64,000 nucleotides of DNA from an uncultured Anaerolineaceae bacterium (GCA_964606085.1 CAZSFD010000014.1:3469-67468), one strand, 5' to 3'. Shown: positions 35,322-45,015, numbered from the stretch's first letter. Numbers and translations are program-made. The notes: generated from the letters alone by a model not told the origin.

Positions 35322-37014
35322 AGAGAAATTCTGCCAGCAGTAAAAATACCGATGCCGTCCATGAATAGCCAGGGCAGCGCAAGCCTTTGCCGCTGAGGGC
35401 ATCGTAATTTTCCCAGAACCCGTTATCCTGGGCGCACAGGTCACAGAAGCGCTCGGCCACGGTGCGGGCGAGTTTCTTTTCGCCAGCGTTCACCAGGCCG
35501 TCGAAGATCAGGTAGGTGGCGGGCGCCCAAATGGGGCCGCGCCAGTAACCATCGGGGGTGTATTTGGGTGAGTTGGTCGCTTCGCTGGCCAGGCCCCAGC
35601 GGGTCAGGAAATTGCCATCGGGCTGTAAATCGGCCACCAGCGCTTTACGAATTTCCTTGGGCAAGCGCTCGCCCAACACCAGGGGGATGTAGTTGAGCAA
35701 AGATTGGCTGGCCACGGCCTGGTTTGCGCCATCGAGAGGGGCGAAGAAGTGATCCTTTTGGACGCCCTGCGACAACAGGTTTCGTAGTTGCTCCTGCGCG
35801 CGGCGCTGCCAGCGGCGGGCAGCCTTTTTCTTGCCCAGCGCCTCAGCGATAAAGGCCAGCCCTTCGCATTGCAGCACCAGGTGAGCTGCCAGGTCTGCGC
35901 CTTCGGTGGGGTAGCCCTGGTCGAAAACGGTGGCGTTATCCCAGCCTGAGTCGTTGCCGTGGTGATATTGGCACATGCCATCGCCGTCGAAGTCGCGGTA
36001 GGTGTACCACCATTCGGTAAAGCGGCTGAGCGGTTTGTAGATTTCGGCCAGGGCGGGTTGTGATTTTTCCAGGCCGATGCGTTCGACCAGCTTTTTGATC
36101 GCCCAGCCCTGGATGGGTGGTTTGTTGAAGCTGTACAAAACGTCGAGATCGTAGGCCATATCGGGGATGCTGCCGTTGGGATCCTGGTGATCGAAGAAGA
36201 GCAGCACCTGATCCCAGGCCAGCAGCGGGTCTGCCCTGGCAACGGCCAGCGCGTTGAAGCAGTTATCCCACGACCAGATCGCATTCATCCACGCTTTGCT
36301 CATGTAAATGGCCGGGCGCGTCAACTGCCCATCATCGGGAACGATGCAATTCCACAGCAAGAACCAGGCGATTTCAGCCGTGGGGCGATATTTCTCGGCC
36401 ACAGACGGGAGGCGTGCGGCCCAACGTGCATATTCCTTCTGACGGGCGTTCAGCGCCTTCGCCAGGGTTGGGAAGGGGGCCTGCCAGAAGTCTTCGTATT
36501 CCTGGAAGCGCAGTGCGCCGCGCCGCCCGCTGAAATCCACGCTGCCATGTGGGTTTTCTGTGGTGGCCGGGTTCAGTTGGATGGTGGTCTCATCGCCGGC
36601 GCGCAAGTGATGGATGCCGCGCCCCGGCCAGTCGACCAGGCAGTGTTGATCGTCGGCGGGGCGGTAGTGGGTGGCAAATTCTTTACAGGGCAGCAGGCGC
36701 AGGGTAACACCCTCGGTTTCAAAGGTGAGGGTATTGCCGCTGGCAAATGCCAGGGTGAGCGAGCCGCCGCCTTCGGCGTGCAGGTCGAGGCGGTGGGGTT
36801 GGGCGGTGCTGGTGTAGGCCACCTCGACGCCATCGCGCAGCAGCGCCAACTCGAAGAAATCGGCAGCCCAATCCGACATACTTTTTTCAGTAACCGCCCG
36901 GCGGGCGCTGGTTTTATAGAGCAACCGGTGGGTTTGTGAATGGGTGCGGGGTGTGATAATGAGAAATGAACCGGCCAGGGAGAAGGGGATGGTGGAAAGG
37001 TTATACGTTAACAT
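35314..37014 (-). CDS. GH63-like / MGH1-like (alpha/alpha)6-barrel glycoside hydrolase
   Basis: Motifs seen: WSWDNCFNALAVA, GNDSGWDN, YWRGPIWAPATYLIFDGL, ENYDALSGKG. These are typical of GH63/GH37-clan enzymes. Confidence 0.7.
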   Translation of the reverse strand: MLTYNLSTIPFSLAGSFLIITPRTHSQTHRLLYKTSARRAVTEKSMSDWAADFFELALLRDGVEVAYTSTAQPHRLDLHAEGGGSLTLAFASGNTLTFETEGVTLRLLPCKEFATHYRPADDQHCLVDWPGRGIHHLRAGDETTIQLNPATTENPHGSVDFSGRRGALRFQEYEDFWQAPFPTLAKALNARQKEYARWAARLPSVAEKYRPTAEIAWFLLWNCIVPDDGQLTRPAIYMSKAWMNAIWSWDNCFNALAVARADPLLAWDQVLLFFDHQDPNGSIPDMAYDLDVLYSFNKPPIQGWAIKKLVERIGLEKSQPALAEIYKPLSRFTEWWYTYRDFDGDGMCQYHHGNDSGWDNATVFDQGYPTEGADLAAHLVLQCEGLAFIAEALGKKKAARRWQRRAQEQLRNLLSQGVQKDHFFAPLDGANQAVASQSLLNYIPLVLGERLPKEIRKALVADLQPDGNFLTRWGLASEATNSPKYTPDGYWRGPIWAPATYLIFDGLVNAGEKKLARTVAERFCDLCAQDNGFWENYDALSGKGLRCPGYSWTASVFLLLAEFLYD

Positions 37015-37038
37015 ATTTTCAACAACGGATGGATTGGA

Positions 37039-37728
37039 TTAATCGAGCAGATAGGGTTTCATCGGCGCCCATTCATTTTTCCAAATGATCGGCACCATCA
37101 TTTTGGTCAGATGGGCTGGCATAGATTGACTCATCTCGGCGCGTTCGGCTGGGCTAAGGTTGTACAGCACGAACGCCAGCACCCACTCCGGGGGGCGCGA
37201 ATACTGCTGGCTGTACTCGACCGTGCGGCGGGTGATGGTTCGTTGTTCTTCGGCGGTCAATTGCAAGGCGGTTGCAGAGTGGGCGGCGAAGTAATTTTCT
37301 TCAGCGGGGGCGTGCATCGTCCAAAGGATGCGTACATTGTTGCAGGCCTGGCTTAGTTGTTCGAGTACGGCGGTGGGCGGCGTTTCTGATGCCAGTTCCA
37401 CGATGCTCGCTTTCAGCGCGTGGATGTGTGGCTGCATTTGTTGATGTTGTTCAATCAAGGGGGCCAGCCGCAAACCCGGCAGGCGTTCTTTGAAGTAAGG
37501 AAAGGTTACTTCTTCCTCCGCCTTGTGATGGGTTTCTAACACAGTTACCAGACAGTGCGCATAGCGGTAAAAGCCAACCTGTGTATCGGCGTCGAGACGG
37601 CCCTGCGGGGTGAATTTCTCGGCCAGGGCCAAGCTGCTGTGATGGGTGACTTCTAACCCGCGCGTGATCACCATGTGAATGCGCTGGAGTGCCTTGTGTA
37701 AAGCTAATTCGGATTCAGGGATACTCAT
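37039..37728 (-). CDS. Hemerythrin-like (HHE cation-binding) domain protein
   Basis: His/Glu-rich helices: HMVITRGLE, HHKAEEEVTFPYF, IEQHQQMQPHIHAL, MHAPAEENYF. Confidence 0.5.
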   Translation of the reverse strand: MSIPESELALHKALQRIHMVITRGLEVTHHSSLALAEKFTPQGRLDADTQVGFYRYAHCLVTVLETHHKAEEEVTFPYFKERLPGLRLAPLIEQHQQMQPHIHALKASIVELASETPPTAVLEQLSQACNNVRILWTMHAPAEENYFAAHSATALQLTAEEQRTITRRTVEYSQQYSRPPEWVLAFVLYNLSPAERAEMSQSMPAHLTKMMVPIIWKNEWAPMKPYLLD

Positions 37729-37780
37729 GGGATGGGTGTCTATGCCGGTGACCTGTTTACCCGGATGACACGCTGTCGCA

Positions 37781-37789
37781 ATTGTATCA
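37781..37789 (-). promoter_or_regulatory. Extended -10 TGATACAAT (minus strand) for the hemerythrin-like gene
   Basis: The complement of attgtatca, about 53 nt upstream of ATG 37728. Confidence 0.4.
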
Positions 37790-37860
37790 CCACACAGAAC
37801 GGAAAAATCCTGCGTTGTTATTCAGAACCAAGTCTAGTAAAATCGGCAGGCTAAACGGCG

Positions 37861-39126
37861 ATGACAAAACCAGGAAAAACGATGTCGAAACAAAACAAAC
37901 GCACCTTCTGGATCATTCTTTTCGGCGTGCTGGCGCTTTCGGGCGCGCTGATCCTTGCCAACTGGCGGGCCATTGGCACCCGCCTGGCCAACCCCATGCG
38001 CCAGGTGTTGGGCAAAGAGCGTGTTGCGCAACTGGAAACCTGGGTCTTCGAGATTCAAGACCAGGTGACACAATGGAAATATGCCCTCGGCCTTGAAAAG
38101 CCCGACGCTCCTGCCTGGGCAGTTGCCGCAGCCACAGCCACTTCCCTGCCGCCTTCGGCCACGCCGCGGCCAACGTCCACTTCCATGCCTACCGACACGC
38201 CCACCGCTGGCCCAACGCCCACCGGGGCCACCCTCACACCGGTCCCACCGACGGCTACCCCTACCGAAACGCCCACCCCCACGCCCGCCTATTGGAATTT
38301 GCCGGCCCTCAGCCCCTTTGACGATCTGCCCGGGGAAGGCATCTGGCAGCCCTATCTCTACGACTCCGCCGGTGAAGTCGTTGGCCTGCGCACCTTTTTG
38401 CAGCCCGACCCCGAACGCCCCTACGCCGTCGTCGCCGTCGTCGCCATCGACCTGACGCGCACGAAACTGACCTACGTCCTTGGCCTGAAAGAACCCGCCA
38501 TGCCCGACAGCAAACATGGCCTGGGCATCATCCCCCTTGAAGACCGTCAGCCCGGCAAACTGATCGCCGCTTTCAATGGCGGCTTCATCGCCGAACACGG
38601 TTATTACGGCGCCATGGCCGATGGCCTGACCACGCTCGGCGCTAAAACCGGCCTGGCCACCCTTGCCATCTACAAAGATGGCCGCGTGCAGCTTGGCGAG
38701 TGGGGCCTCGACCTGGCCGATAGCCGTGACTATCAATCCTATCGCCAGAACGCGCTCATGATCGTCCACAACGGGGTGATCAACGAGAAAGTCTACAACG
38801 GCAGCTACCTCGATTGGGGCGCTAACCTGGATGGGACGATCAACACCATTCGCTCGGGCGCTGGCCTGAGCGAAGATGAGCGTGTGTTGTACTATTTCGC
38901 CGGGCCAAGCCTTTCGATGCCCGCCCTGGCCGAGGCCATGCTGCGCGCCAATGCCCACAACAGCATGTTACTCGACATCAACCCCACCCACGCCCATTTT
39001 GCAGCCATGAAGGTGGTAGATGACAAACTGACCGGCGAAGCGCTCTACCCGGAGATCATGGATTTATGGGTGGATCGCTACCTGGGTCAGTGGGAGATGG
39101 ATTTCTTTTATGTGACGGGGAAATAA
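37861..39126 (+). CDS. Membrane-anchored extracytoplasmic protein with PT-rich linker (function unknown; weak DUF2233-like NGGF motif)
   Basis: N-terminal anchor FWIILFGVLALSGALILA, a ~60-aa PT linker, then a globular domain with AAFNGGFIAEHGYYG. Confidence 0.5.
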   Translation: MTKPGKTMSKQNKRTFWIILFGVLALSGALILANWRAIGTRLANPMRQVLGKERVAQLETWVFEIQDQVTQWKYALGLEKPDAPAWAVAAATATSLPPSATPRPTSTSMPTDTPTAGPTPTGATLTPVPPTATPTETPTPTPAYWNLPALSPFDDLPGEGIWQPYLYDSAGEVVGLRTFLQPDPERPYAVVAVVAIDLTRTKLTYVLGLKEPAMPDSKHGLGIIPLEDRQPGKLIAAFNGGFIAEHGYYGAMADGLTTLGAKTGLATLAIYKDGRVQLGEWGLDLADSRDYQSYRQNALMIVHNGVINEKVYNGSYLDWGANLDGTINTIRSGAGLSEDERVLYYFAGPSLSMPALAEAMLRANAHNSMLLDINPTHAHFAAMKVVDDKLTGEALYPEIMDLWVDRYLGQWEMDFFYVTGK

Positions 39127-39157
39127 AAAACGGGCGCTGCAAGCGCCCGTTTTTTTA
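39124..39157. terminator. Bidirectional rho-independent terminator
   Basis: AAAAAACGGGCGCT gca AGCGCCCGTTTTTTT lies between convergent genes. It overlaps the TAA of the minus-strand gene. Confidence 0.85.
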
Positions 39158-40249
39158 CTGTATGTTCAATTCTTCCACCCGCAAATTCGCCAGGTCGCTG
39201 CGCCCCAGGCCGCGCTGGGCGGCGGCAGCCACATAAACGAGGTCTTCGGGCTGTAAGCCGAACAGCGTGGCGGTGTAGCTGTCGAGGGCCACGATGTCGC
39301 GTGAAACGATGATCGTGTCGGCTTTTTTGACTTCTTGCAAGCTGAAACCCGTGGGGCCGCCATCCATCATCATGCGCACGGCATCCATCACGTTCAGCGT
39401 CGGGCGCAGCACCGAGATCAGGTCGGCCAGGCGGTTGCCGAAGGTCTCGCCAAAAAAGGTCACTTCGGTATCGTGCATGGCCGGGCGGTTGGAGATGACC
39501 CCCATCAGGTTCTTCATTCCCAGGGTCAACCTGGCGTTGGCGTGATGCTTGGCAATGGGGACGTTGATGACCACATCGGCTTTGAGAATTTCTTCGTAGA
39601 TGCCAAATTCCTGAAATTGCACGCCCTGTGGCGCAGGCGTGGCGATGAACTTCTCCACGGGCATCCACTCCATCACGCCGCCCGCCGCCTCCACCTGCTC
39701 CTGAATGCCGCTGCGGGCGTAGGCTTCGGTCATGTTGCGTTGCCAGGTCTGATCCATCACGCGCACGCTGGCTGCCCCGGCTTCGAAGGCCATCTTGACG
39801 AGCGTGCCGACCACCCACGGGTTGGTGGTGGCGGCCCATTGGTAAGTGCGGAAATCTACGCAGATGTTGGGTTTGACGATCACGTTCGCGCCAGGGAAGA
39901 CGAACTGCTCCATGCCACCCAGGGCGGCGATGGCGCGGCGCACCAGGTCTTCGGGTTCACCGTTACGGGCTACGATGATGTCGGGGCCGGGGGTGGGCGT
40001 GGCGGAGGGGGCGGGCGTTTCGGTGGGGATTGGCGCGTCGGTGGGTGCGCTGGTTGCACTGGGGGGAACGGTGAAGGTGGGTGGTGGCGGTTGGGTGGCC
40101 GTTGGCTGTGGGCGCGGCGTTTGGCTGGCCGCCGGCAGCGCCGCGGCAGGCGTGCTGGTTTCATCTACCCCGCAGGCCGCCAGGGCCAGCGCCGATACAC
40201 TGGTTGCTGCAATGCGCAGGAATTGTTTGCGAGAGAGCGCCTTTTTCAT
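39155..40249 (-). CDS. DUF362-like lipoprotein (extracytoplasmic paralog)
   Basis: The start MKKALSRKQFLRIAATSVSALALAACG gives a lipobox, followed by a PT linker. Motifs seen: ANVIVKPNICV, PIAKHHANARLTLGMKNLMGV, IIVSRDIVALDSY. Confidence 0.7.
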   Translation of the reverse strand: MKKALSRKQFLRIAATSVSALALAACGVDETSTPAAALPAASQTPRPQPTATQPPPPTFTVPPSATSAPTDAPIPTETPAPSATPTPGPDIIVARNGEPEDLVRRAIAALGGMEQFVFPGANVIVKPNICVDFRTYQWAATTNPWVVGTLVKMAFEAGAASVRVMDQTWQRNMTEAYARSGIQEQVEAAGGVMEWMPVEKFIATPAPQGVQFQEFGIYEEILKADVVINVPIAKHHANARLTLGMKNLMGVISNRPAMHDTEVTFFGETFGNRLADLISVLRPTLNVMDAVRMMMDGGPTGFSLQEVKKADTIIVSRDIVALDSYTATLFGLQPEDLVYVAAAAQRGLGRSDLANLRVEELNIQ

Positions 40250-40299
40250 GGGCAAGGTGTCCTTTCGATACCGTTCTATATTCCGATACAATTAGTCGT

Positions 40300-40308
40300 A
40301 TTTTAGCA
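40300..40308 (-). promoter_or_regulatory. Extended -10 TGCTAAAAT (minus strand) for the DUF362 lipoprotein gene
   Basis: The complement of attttagca, about 50 nt upstream of ATG 40249. It argues against the longer track start at 40291. Confidence 0.4.
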
Positions 40309-40356
40309 CCAAAACTTCCCCCATCGGCGCTTTTTTGTCAGCGGAATGCCCCCGTA

Positions 40357-41442
40357 TTACGGGCTGTTGAGCGCCTGGCGCATCACGGCCAGCACGGCCT
40401 CCTGAACCGGGAGCAGCACCTGGGCGCCGCCCGATGTGACCCACGGAACGAGCTGCTCATAGCCAATGCCATAGCGATGAATGCGGGTGGGATCGAGCAA
40501 TTGCGTTGCCAGCGGCAGCAGGGGGGCCACATCTTCAAAGCGGATGTTGGTGACGACGTTGTTGATATAGATATTGTATAAATCGGGGGCGCGTTTGACG
40601 GCATCTAAGCTCATCAATTTTTGGAAGATCGCCAGCAGCACTTCTTGTTGGCGGCGGCCGCGGTCTATGTCGTTGGTGGAGTAGCGCGAGCGCACATACC
40701 ACAGCGCCGTCTCGCCGTCCATGTGGTTGAGGCCGGCGGGCATGGTGTAATCGCCATAGCCCGTGCGGTGGTCGGTTAACGTCACGGCCACCTGCACGTC
40801 AATTCCTCCCAGGTTGTCAATCACTTCTTTGAAGGACCAGAAGTTGATCACCACATAATGGCTGGGCCGCACACCGAAATTGTATTCCATCGTGATCGCC
40901 AGCGCATCGAACCCGCCATAGCCAAAGGCGGTGTTGATGCGCTGCGTTGTCCAGCCAGGGATATAGACGTACAGGTCGCGCGGAAACGAGGTCAGGCTGA
41001 CGGTGCCGGCCTGCGGGTTGAGCGTGGCTAACAAAAGGGTGTCGGTGCGAAACCCGCCGCTATCAGGACGCTGATCTGAACCCAGCAGCAGGATATTCAC
41101 CTGGCCTTCGGGCTGTGGCAGCAAACCCACGGGCGGGGGGATGTCAATATCAGGCCAGACCGATGGCCCCGGATACGTATCCCAATTGGTTGGCGACTGG
41201 TTGGAGATGACCACATCGGCGGCTGGCGTTTGTGCGGGCTCGGTGGATAGGGCGTTGGCCACGGGCAGATAAGTGGCCGTGGGCGCCAGCGGCTGGAATG
41301 GCGTGGGCGTGGGCGTTGAACCCGCTGGCCCAATCGCCAGGATGGGTGGCATGTAGCCCGGCGAAAACGGCCCCCCGCAGGCAGCTAACGCCAGGCTGCA
41401 TAGCCACAAAAAAATGCCTATGGGGGCAATCGTGCGTCTCAT
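40357..41442 (-). CDS. LytR-CpsA-Psr (LCP) family protein
   Basis: Motifs seen: NILLLGSDQRPD, RTDTLLLATLNP, SLTSFPRDLYVYIPGW, RINTAFGYGG. The N-terminal signal carries LALAACGG. Confidence 0.85.
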   Translation of the reverse strand: MRRTIAPIGIFLWLCSLALAACGGPFSPGYMPPILAIGPAGSTPTPTPFQPLAPTATYLPVANALSTEPAQTPAADVVISNQSPTNWDTYPGPSVWPDIDIPPPVGLLPQPEGQVNILLLGSDQRPDSGGFRTDTLLLATLNPQAGTVSLTSFPRDLYVYIPGWTTQRINTAFGYGGFDALAITMEYNFGVRPSHYVVINFWSFKEVIDNLGGIDVQVAVTLTDHRTGYGDYTMPAGLNHMDGETALWYVRSRYSTNDIDRGRRQQEVLLAIFQKLMSLDAVKRAPDLYNIYINNVVTNIRFEDVAPLLPLATQLLDPTRIHRYGIGYEQLVPWVTSGGAQVLLPVQEAVLAVMRQALNSP

Positions 41443-42362
41443 GGGTTTTCTGCCGAGGGGGTGTCGCTGGGGATGGCCGCTGGCGTTTGGCTCGGCTCAG
41501 GCGTGGCTGTGGGTTCGGGCGTGGCTGTGGGTTCAGGGGTATCCGTGGCCGTTGCAGATGGCGTATCGGTGGGCGTGGGCGTGGCGGTTGGCTCTTCGGG
41601 CAGCAGCGTGGGGGTGCTTGTGGGGGTGGGGGTTTCTGTGGCGGGGATGGGTGTGGTTGGCTCAGGCGTGTGTGTGGCGGTTTCGGTGGGTGTGATGGCT
41701 GTCGTCGGTGCGGGGATGGTTGCGCTGGCGGTGGCTTCGGGGGTGAGGCTGGGCAGCGGGGTGATCGTCGGCGCAATGGGTTCGATGGGTGGGCGGTTGG
41801 GCACATAGAGCTTTTGCCCGGCGCGGATCAGGTCGCTGGCGAGGCAATTGGCGAAGCGCAATTCGTCCACCGTGGTGGCAAATAACTGGCTGATGGCCAG
41901 CAAGGTGTCGCCAGGCCGCACCTGGTAAGTCACCCACCCTGGATATGGGCCGCACGGTAAGCTGGTGTCTGTCGGGGCCACGGCTGGCACATAGAGGGTC
42001 GCCCCGGCGATCAGTCTGTCTATCAGCAGGCAGTTGACGCGTTTCAATTCAGCGGCGCTGATGCCATAGCGTTCGGCCAGGGTGGTCAGGTCATCGCCGG
42101 GTTGAATGTTGATGGCGATCCAGTTGGCTGGCTGGGGGCAGGCGGTGGGCAGGGCGGCTGACCGGGGCGGTGTGGCCGCGAACGTGACGGTTGGTTGACC
42201 AGGCGTGCGGATGAACTGCGGCCCGACGGTATTGACCGCCGTTGCCAGCAGCGCAATGGCTGGTTGTCCTTCGGCAAATGCCAGCGCCATACTGCCGATC
42301 ACCAGGAGCAGCGAGACACAAGCCAGGGCAATACCCGCAAAAGCCTGTTTCAACGCGCTCAT
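41439..42362 (-). CDS. LysM-domain protein with long C-terminal PT-rich tail
   Basis: One N-terminal hydrophobic helix. Two LysM repeats: IQPGDDLTTLAERYGISAAELKRVN and VRPGDTLLAISQLFATTVDELRFAN..AGQKLYVP. The tail includes EPTATPEPTATPEPSQTP, encoded by an 18-bp tandem at 41500-41535. Confidence 0.85.
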   Translation of the reverse strand: MSALKQAFAGIALACVSLLLVIGSMALAFAEGQPAIALLATAVNTVGPQFIRTPGQPTVTFAATPPRSAALPTACPQPANWIAINIQPGDDLTTLAERYGISAAELKRVNCLLIDRLIAGATLYVPAVAPTDTSLPCGPYPGWVTYQVRPGDTLLAISQLFATTVDELRFANCLASDLIRAGQKLYVPNRPPIEPIAPTITPLPSLTPEATASATIPAPTTAITPTETATHTPEPTTPIPATETPTPTSTPTLLPEEPTATPTPTDTPSATATDTPEPTATPEPTATPEPSQTPAAIPSDTPSAENP

Positions 42363-44761
42363 ACTTTTCCTCGTGCGCCGTTCCCATTCCCCCCGGTCAG
42401 GCTTGGCGCGGATACGGGCAGCAACACGCTGAACATCGAACCGTGGCCTTTTTGCGAGTCAACCCAAATGCGTCCCTTTTGGGCCTCGACCAGTGATTTT
42501 ACGATGGACAACCCGACGCCGGTATCTCCAACGCCCGGAATGAGCGGGTTATCCGCTTTGTACAGGCGCGAGAAAACGCGCGGCAGTTCGTCCTGTGGGA
42601 TGCCCTCGCCGCTGTCGGCCACGCGAATCAGCACGAAATGGGCGTTCTGATCGCCTTCTTCGATGTGGGCATGAAGCGAAATCTCACCATCCACCGGCGA
42701 AGCCAGGCCGGCATTTTGCAGCAGGTGGATCAAGATTTGCTGCAAAGCATCGCGGTCGGCGTAGATGTGCGGCAATTGTTCGGGCAGTTCGAGCCGCAGG
42801 GCGATGTTCTTCTCGCGGATTTGCACAACCGCTGCTGTGAGCGCCTCATCAATGGCGGCGCCCAGGTCAACACTTTCGCTATGATGAGAGGGCGTTTCGT
42901 TCAAAGTGATGCGTACCAGGTCTTCGACCAGCGTCCCCAGGCGTTCGCTGGCGATTTTGACCCGTTCGATGAACTTACGCTGTGACGCGCCCAACAGTCC
43001 TACCGATTCACCCAAGAGCAAATCGGTATAGCCGATGATCGAAAACAGGGGTTGGCGCAATTCCTGAGCCATGGCGGCAATCACAGCATCATTTTCGGGC
43101 GAGGCGGCATCGGTTGGTCTGGCGCGTTGCAGTTCCATCAGGCGCTGATCGGCCTCAAACAGGCGCTCATTGAGGCGGGTGATCTCTTCGAGCGAAATGC
43201 GCAATTGCTCCTCGAGTTGGGTCACTTCGCTCAAGCTATTGTTGGAGGATTGCTGGACATTCAGCTTGATCTGTTGATTCTCCGCCTGCAAGCGCGCCAG
43301 TTCTTCCAGGGTCAGGCGAAGCTGTTCTTTGAGTTGTTCGGTTTCGCTGTTGGAAAAACGCCCCTGGCCCAGCGCGGCAATCGCCGCCGTGGCCGGGGTT
43401 TGCGCCGAACGGTTGAGCAGCGCTTCCTTTTCCTGGCGCAATTCTGTAATTTGTTTGCGCGCCGCTGCCAGGGCTTGCTGGGCCTGTTCCAATTCCTGGC
43501 GCATGGCTGCGCTTGGCTGGTTTTGATGCAAGATGCGTGCCATCAGGCTGGCAATCTGGTTCAAATTGGCCTGGTCATCGTTCGTCCAGCCGCGATGCGA
43601 ATAGGGCGAGAGCAGCACGATGCCCATCAAGTTGATTTTGTCTTCCACGGGGAATGGCACAACCAGCATGTGTCCCACACGCCCGATGCCCAGCACATTG
43701 GCAAAACCCAACAGATCGGGCGAGGTGCTGCTGGCGGGCAGGCGCACTGAACGGTTACGCCGCAAAGCGCTGGAAATGATCGGCGAGAGACGTTCGTCAA
43801 TCGAAAAACCTTCGATGCTCTGCTGGCGGATCAAATCATATCCACAGGATACATTTAACTGTTTGCTATCCGCAGGCATCGAAACCATGAAGCACAGATC
43901 GGCCACCATCATTTGCGAAATGACTTTCGATAGCCCATCACACGCTTTACCGGGTATGGTGTTGCTGACCAGGTGCAAAAATTCCTGGATCAGACGCGGG
44001 TCTGAGTTGTAGCGCCGTTTTTCGGCAATGAGGCCCTTTTGCGCTGGGCTGACTGCTTTGTCTTCCTGGCGTTCGATCACGCCGGGGAAGCGCATGGGCA
44101 GGCCAAGCAGCAGCGGATAGGCCGCCAACTGCACCAGGCGTAATGCCCCGGCATAATCGGCTGTGGGCTGGTAGGCAAAGCTCAAGCTGCCCAGGTAGCC
44201 CATGGCTGTAAGGGTCAGCATCCCCAGGCCCAATCCCCAGCCATTAGGCCGCCGCAGCGCCAGCAGCAGGCATCCTGCCAGCGATAAGGCCAGGCCGAGC
44301 CACCCGGCTGCCTGATCCAGCCCGGAGGCGTTGAAGGGCATTTGCCCGCTTTCGGTTTGCCATAATAAGATGGCCGGGATCATCCCGACGCCGATGAACA
44401 GGCTCAACAGCAGGGTCGCGGCATCGCCGGGCCGCGAAGGCTCAGGAAAGCCCCACAACCAGATGATGGCGACCACGCTCAACAATCCCACGATGCGATC
44501 CAGCGGCGGCAGGGCGTATGGCATGGCCAAAACACCTATGTAGGCCAACAAGGCTGCTGCAAGCAAAATGGCCTGCAGCCCTAACAGCCAGGCCATGCCT
44601 CTGCTGGCGCGTGCCGCCTGCGGGAAACCGCTGGCGCGCCAATGGTTGACGCATACCATCAGCCCCATCACCATCGAAAAAATGGTGATCAAATGGTATG
44701 CCAGGCTGCCTGGTGTTGTCACCAGGATGGTTAGAAGTTGTTCAAAAAACGCACCCATCAC
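42359..44761 (-). CDS. Membrane sensor histidine-kinase-like protein lacking the phospho-acceptor His (H-box AQELRQPL)
   Basis: About 6-7 N-terminal helices, a GAF-like region and a coiled coil. The DHp helix is AAMAQELRQPLFSIIGYTDLLL, with Gln codon CAG at 43064-43066. The HATPase motifs are intact: LIHLLQNA, DSGEGIP, GDTGVGLSIV. Confidence 0.85.
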   Translation of the reverse strand: MMGAFFEQLLTILVTTPGSLAYHLITIFSMVMGLMVCVNHWRASGFPQAARASRGMAWLLGLQAILLAAALLAYIGVLAMPYALPPLDRIVGLLSVVAIIWLWGFPEPSRPGDAATLLLSLFIGVGMIPAILLWQTESGQMPFNASGLDQAAGWLGLALSLAGCLLLALRRPNGWGLGLGMLTLTAMGYLGSLSFAYQPTADYAGALRLVQLAAYPLLLGLPMRFPGVIERQEDKAVSPAQKGLIAEKRRYNSDPRLIQEFLHLVSNTIPGKACDGLSKVISQMMVADLCFMVSMPADSKQLNVSCGYDLIRQQSIEGFSIDERLSPIISSALRRNRSVRLPASSTSPDLLGFANVLGIGRVGHMLVVPFPVEDKINLMGIVLLSPYSHRGWTNDDQANLNQIASLMARILHQNQPSAAMRQELEQAQQALAAARKQITELRQEKEALLNRSAQTPATAAIAALGQGRFSNSETEQLKEQLRLTLEELARLQAENQQIKLNVQQSSNNSLSEVTQLEEQLRISLEEITRLNERLFEADQRLMELQRARPTDAASPENDAVIAAMAQELRQPLFSIIGYTDLLLGESVGLLGASQRKFIERVKIASERLGTLVEDLVRITLNETPSHHSESVDLGAAIDEALTAAVVQIREKNIALRLELPEQLPHIYADRDALQQILIHLLQNAGLASPVDGEISLHAHIEEGDQNAHFVLIRVADSGEGIPQDELPRVFSRLYKADNPLIPGVGDTGVGLSIVKSLVEAQKGRIWVDSQKGHGSMFSVLLPVSAPSLTGGNGNGARGKV

Positions 44762-44832
44762 GGAAGCCTTCTGGTGATCATCTGCTCGAAACGTTCTATT
44801 TCGGTAGGATTAATCGCAATTCCTTTCATAAG

Positions 44833-44841
44833 ATTATAGCA
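44833..44841 (-). promoter_or_regulatory. Extended -10 TGCTATAAT (minus strand) for the kinase-LysM-LCP operon
   Basis: The complement of attatagca, about 72 nt upstream of ATG 44761. Confidence 0.4.
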
Positions 44842-45015
44842 TGTCGTCTCTGGTCGGCTGCGTTGCAACATTGTCAGCCTTCGTTCACGCCATTTTTATC
44901 GGAGTGGGTTCGGTTGCGCGTTTCTAAGACCCTATATATACTTATAGCACAGCCAGAAAAAAGCCTTTTGACGACACTTTTTATGGCTGCGGATTTGCCC
45001 TTTCGGAGGAAAAAC

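Noticed and set aside
44762-45015. 254-bp AT-richer spacer upstream of the cyclase gene as a possible ncRNA
   Set aside because: It contains plausible divergent promoter elements (TGCTATAAT on the minus strand, TATACT-like on the plus strand) and no convincing conserved structure that I can see. I treat it as ordinary regulatory DNA.
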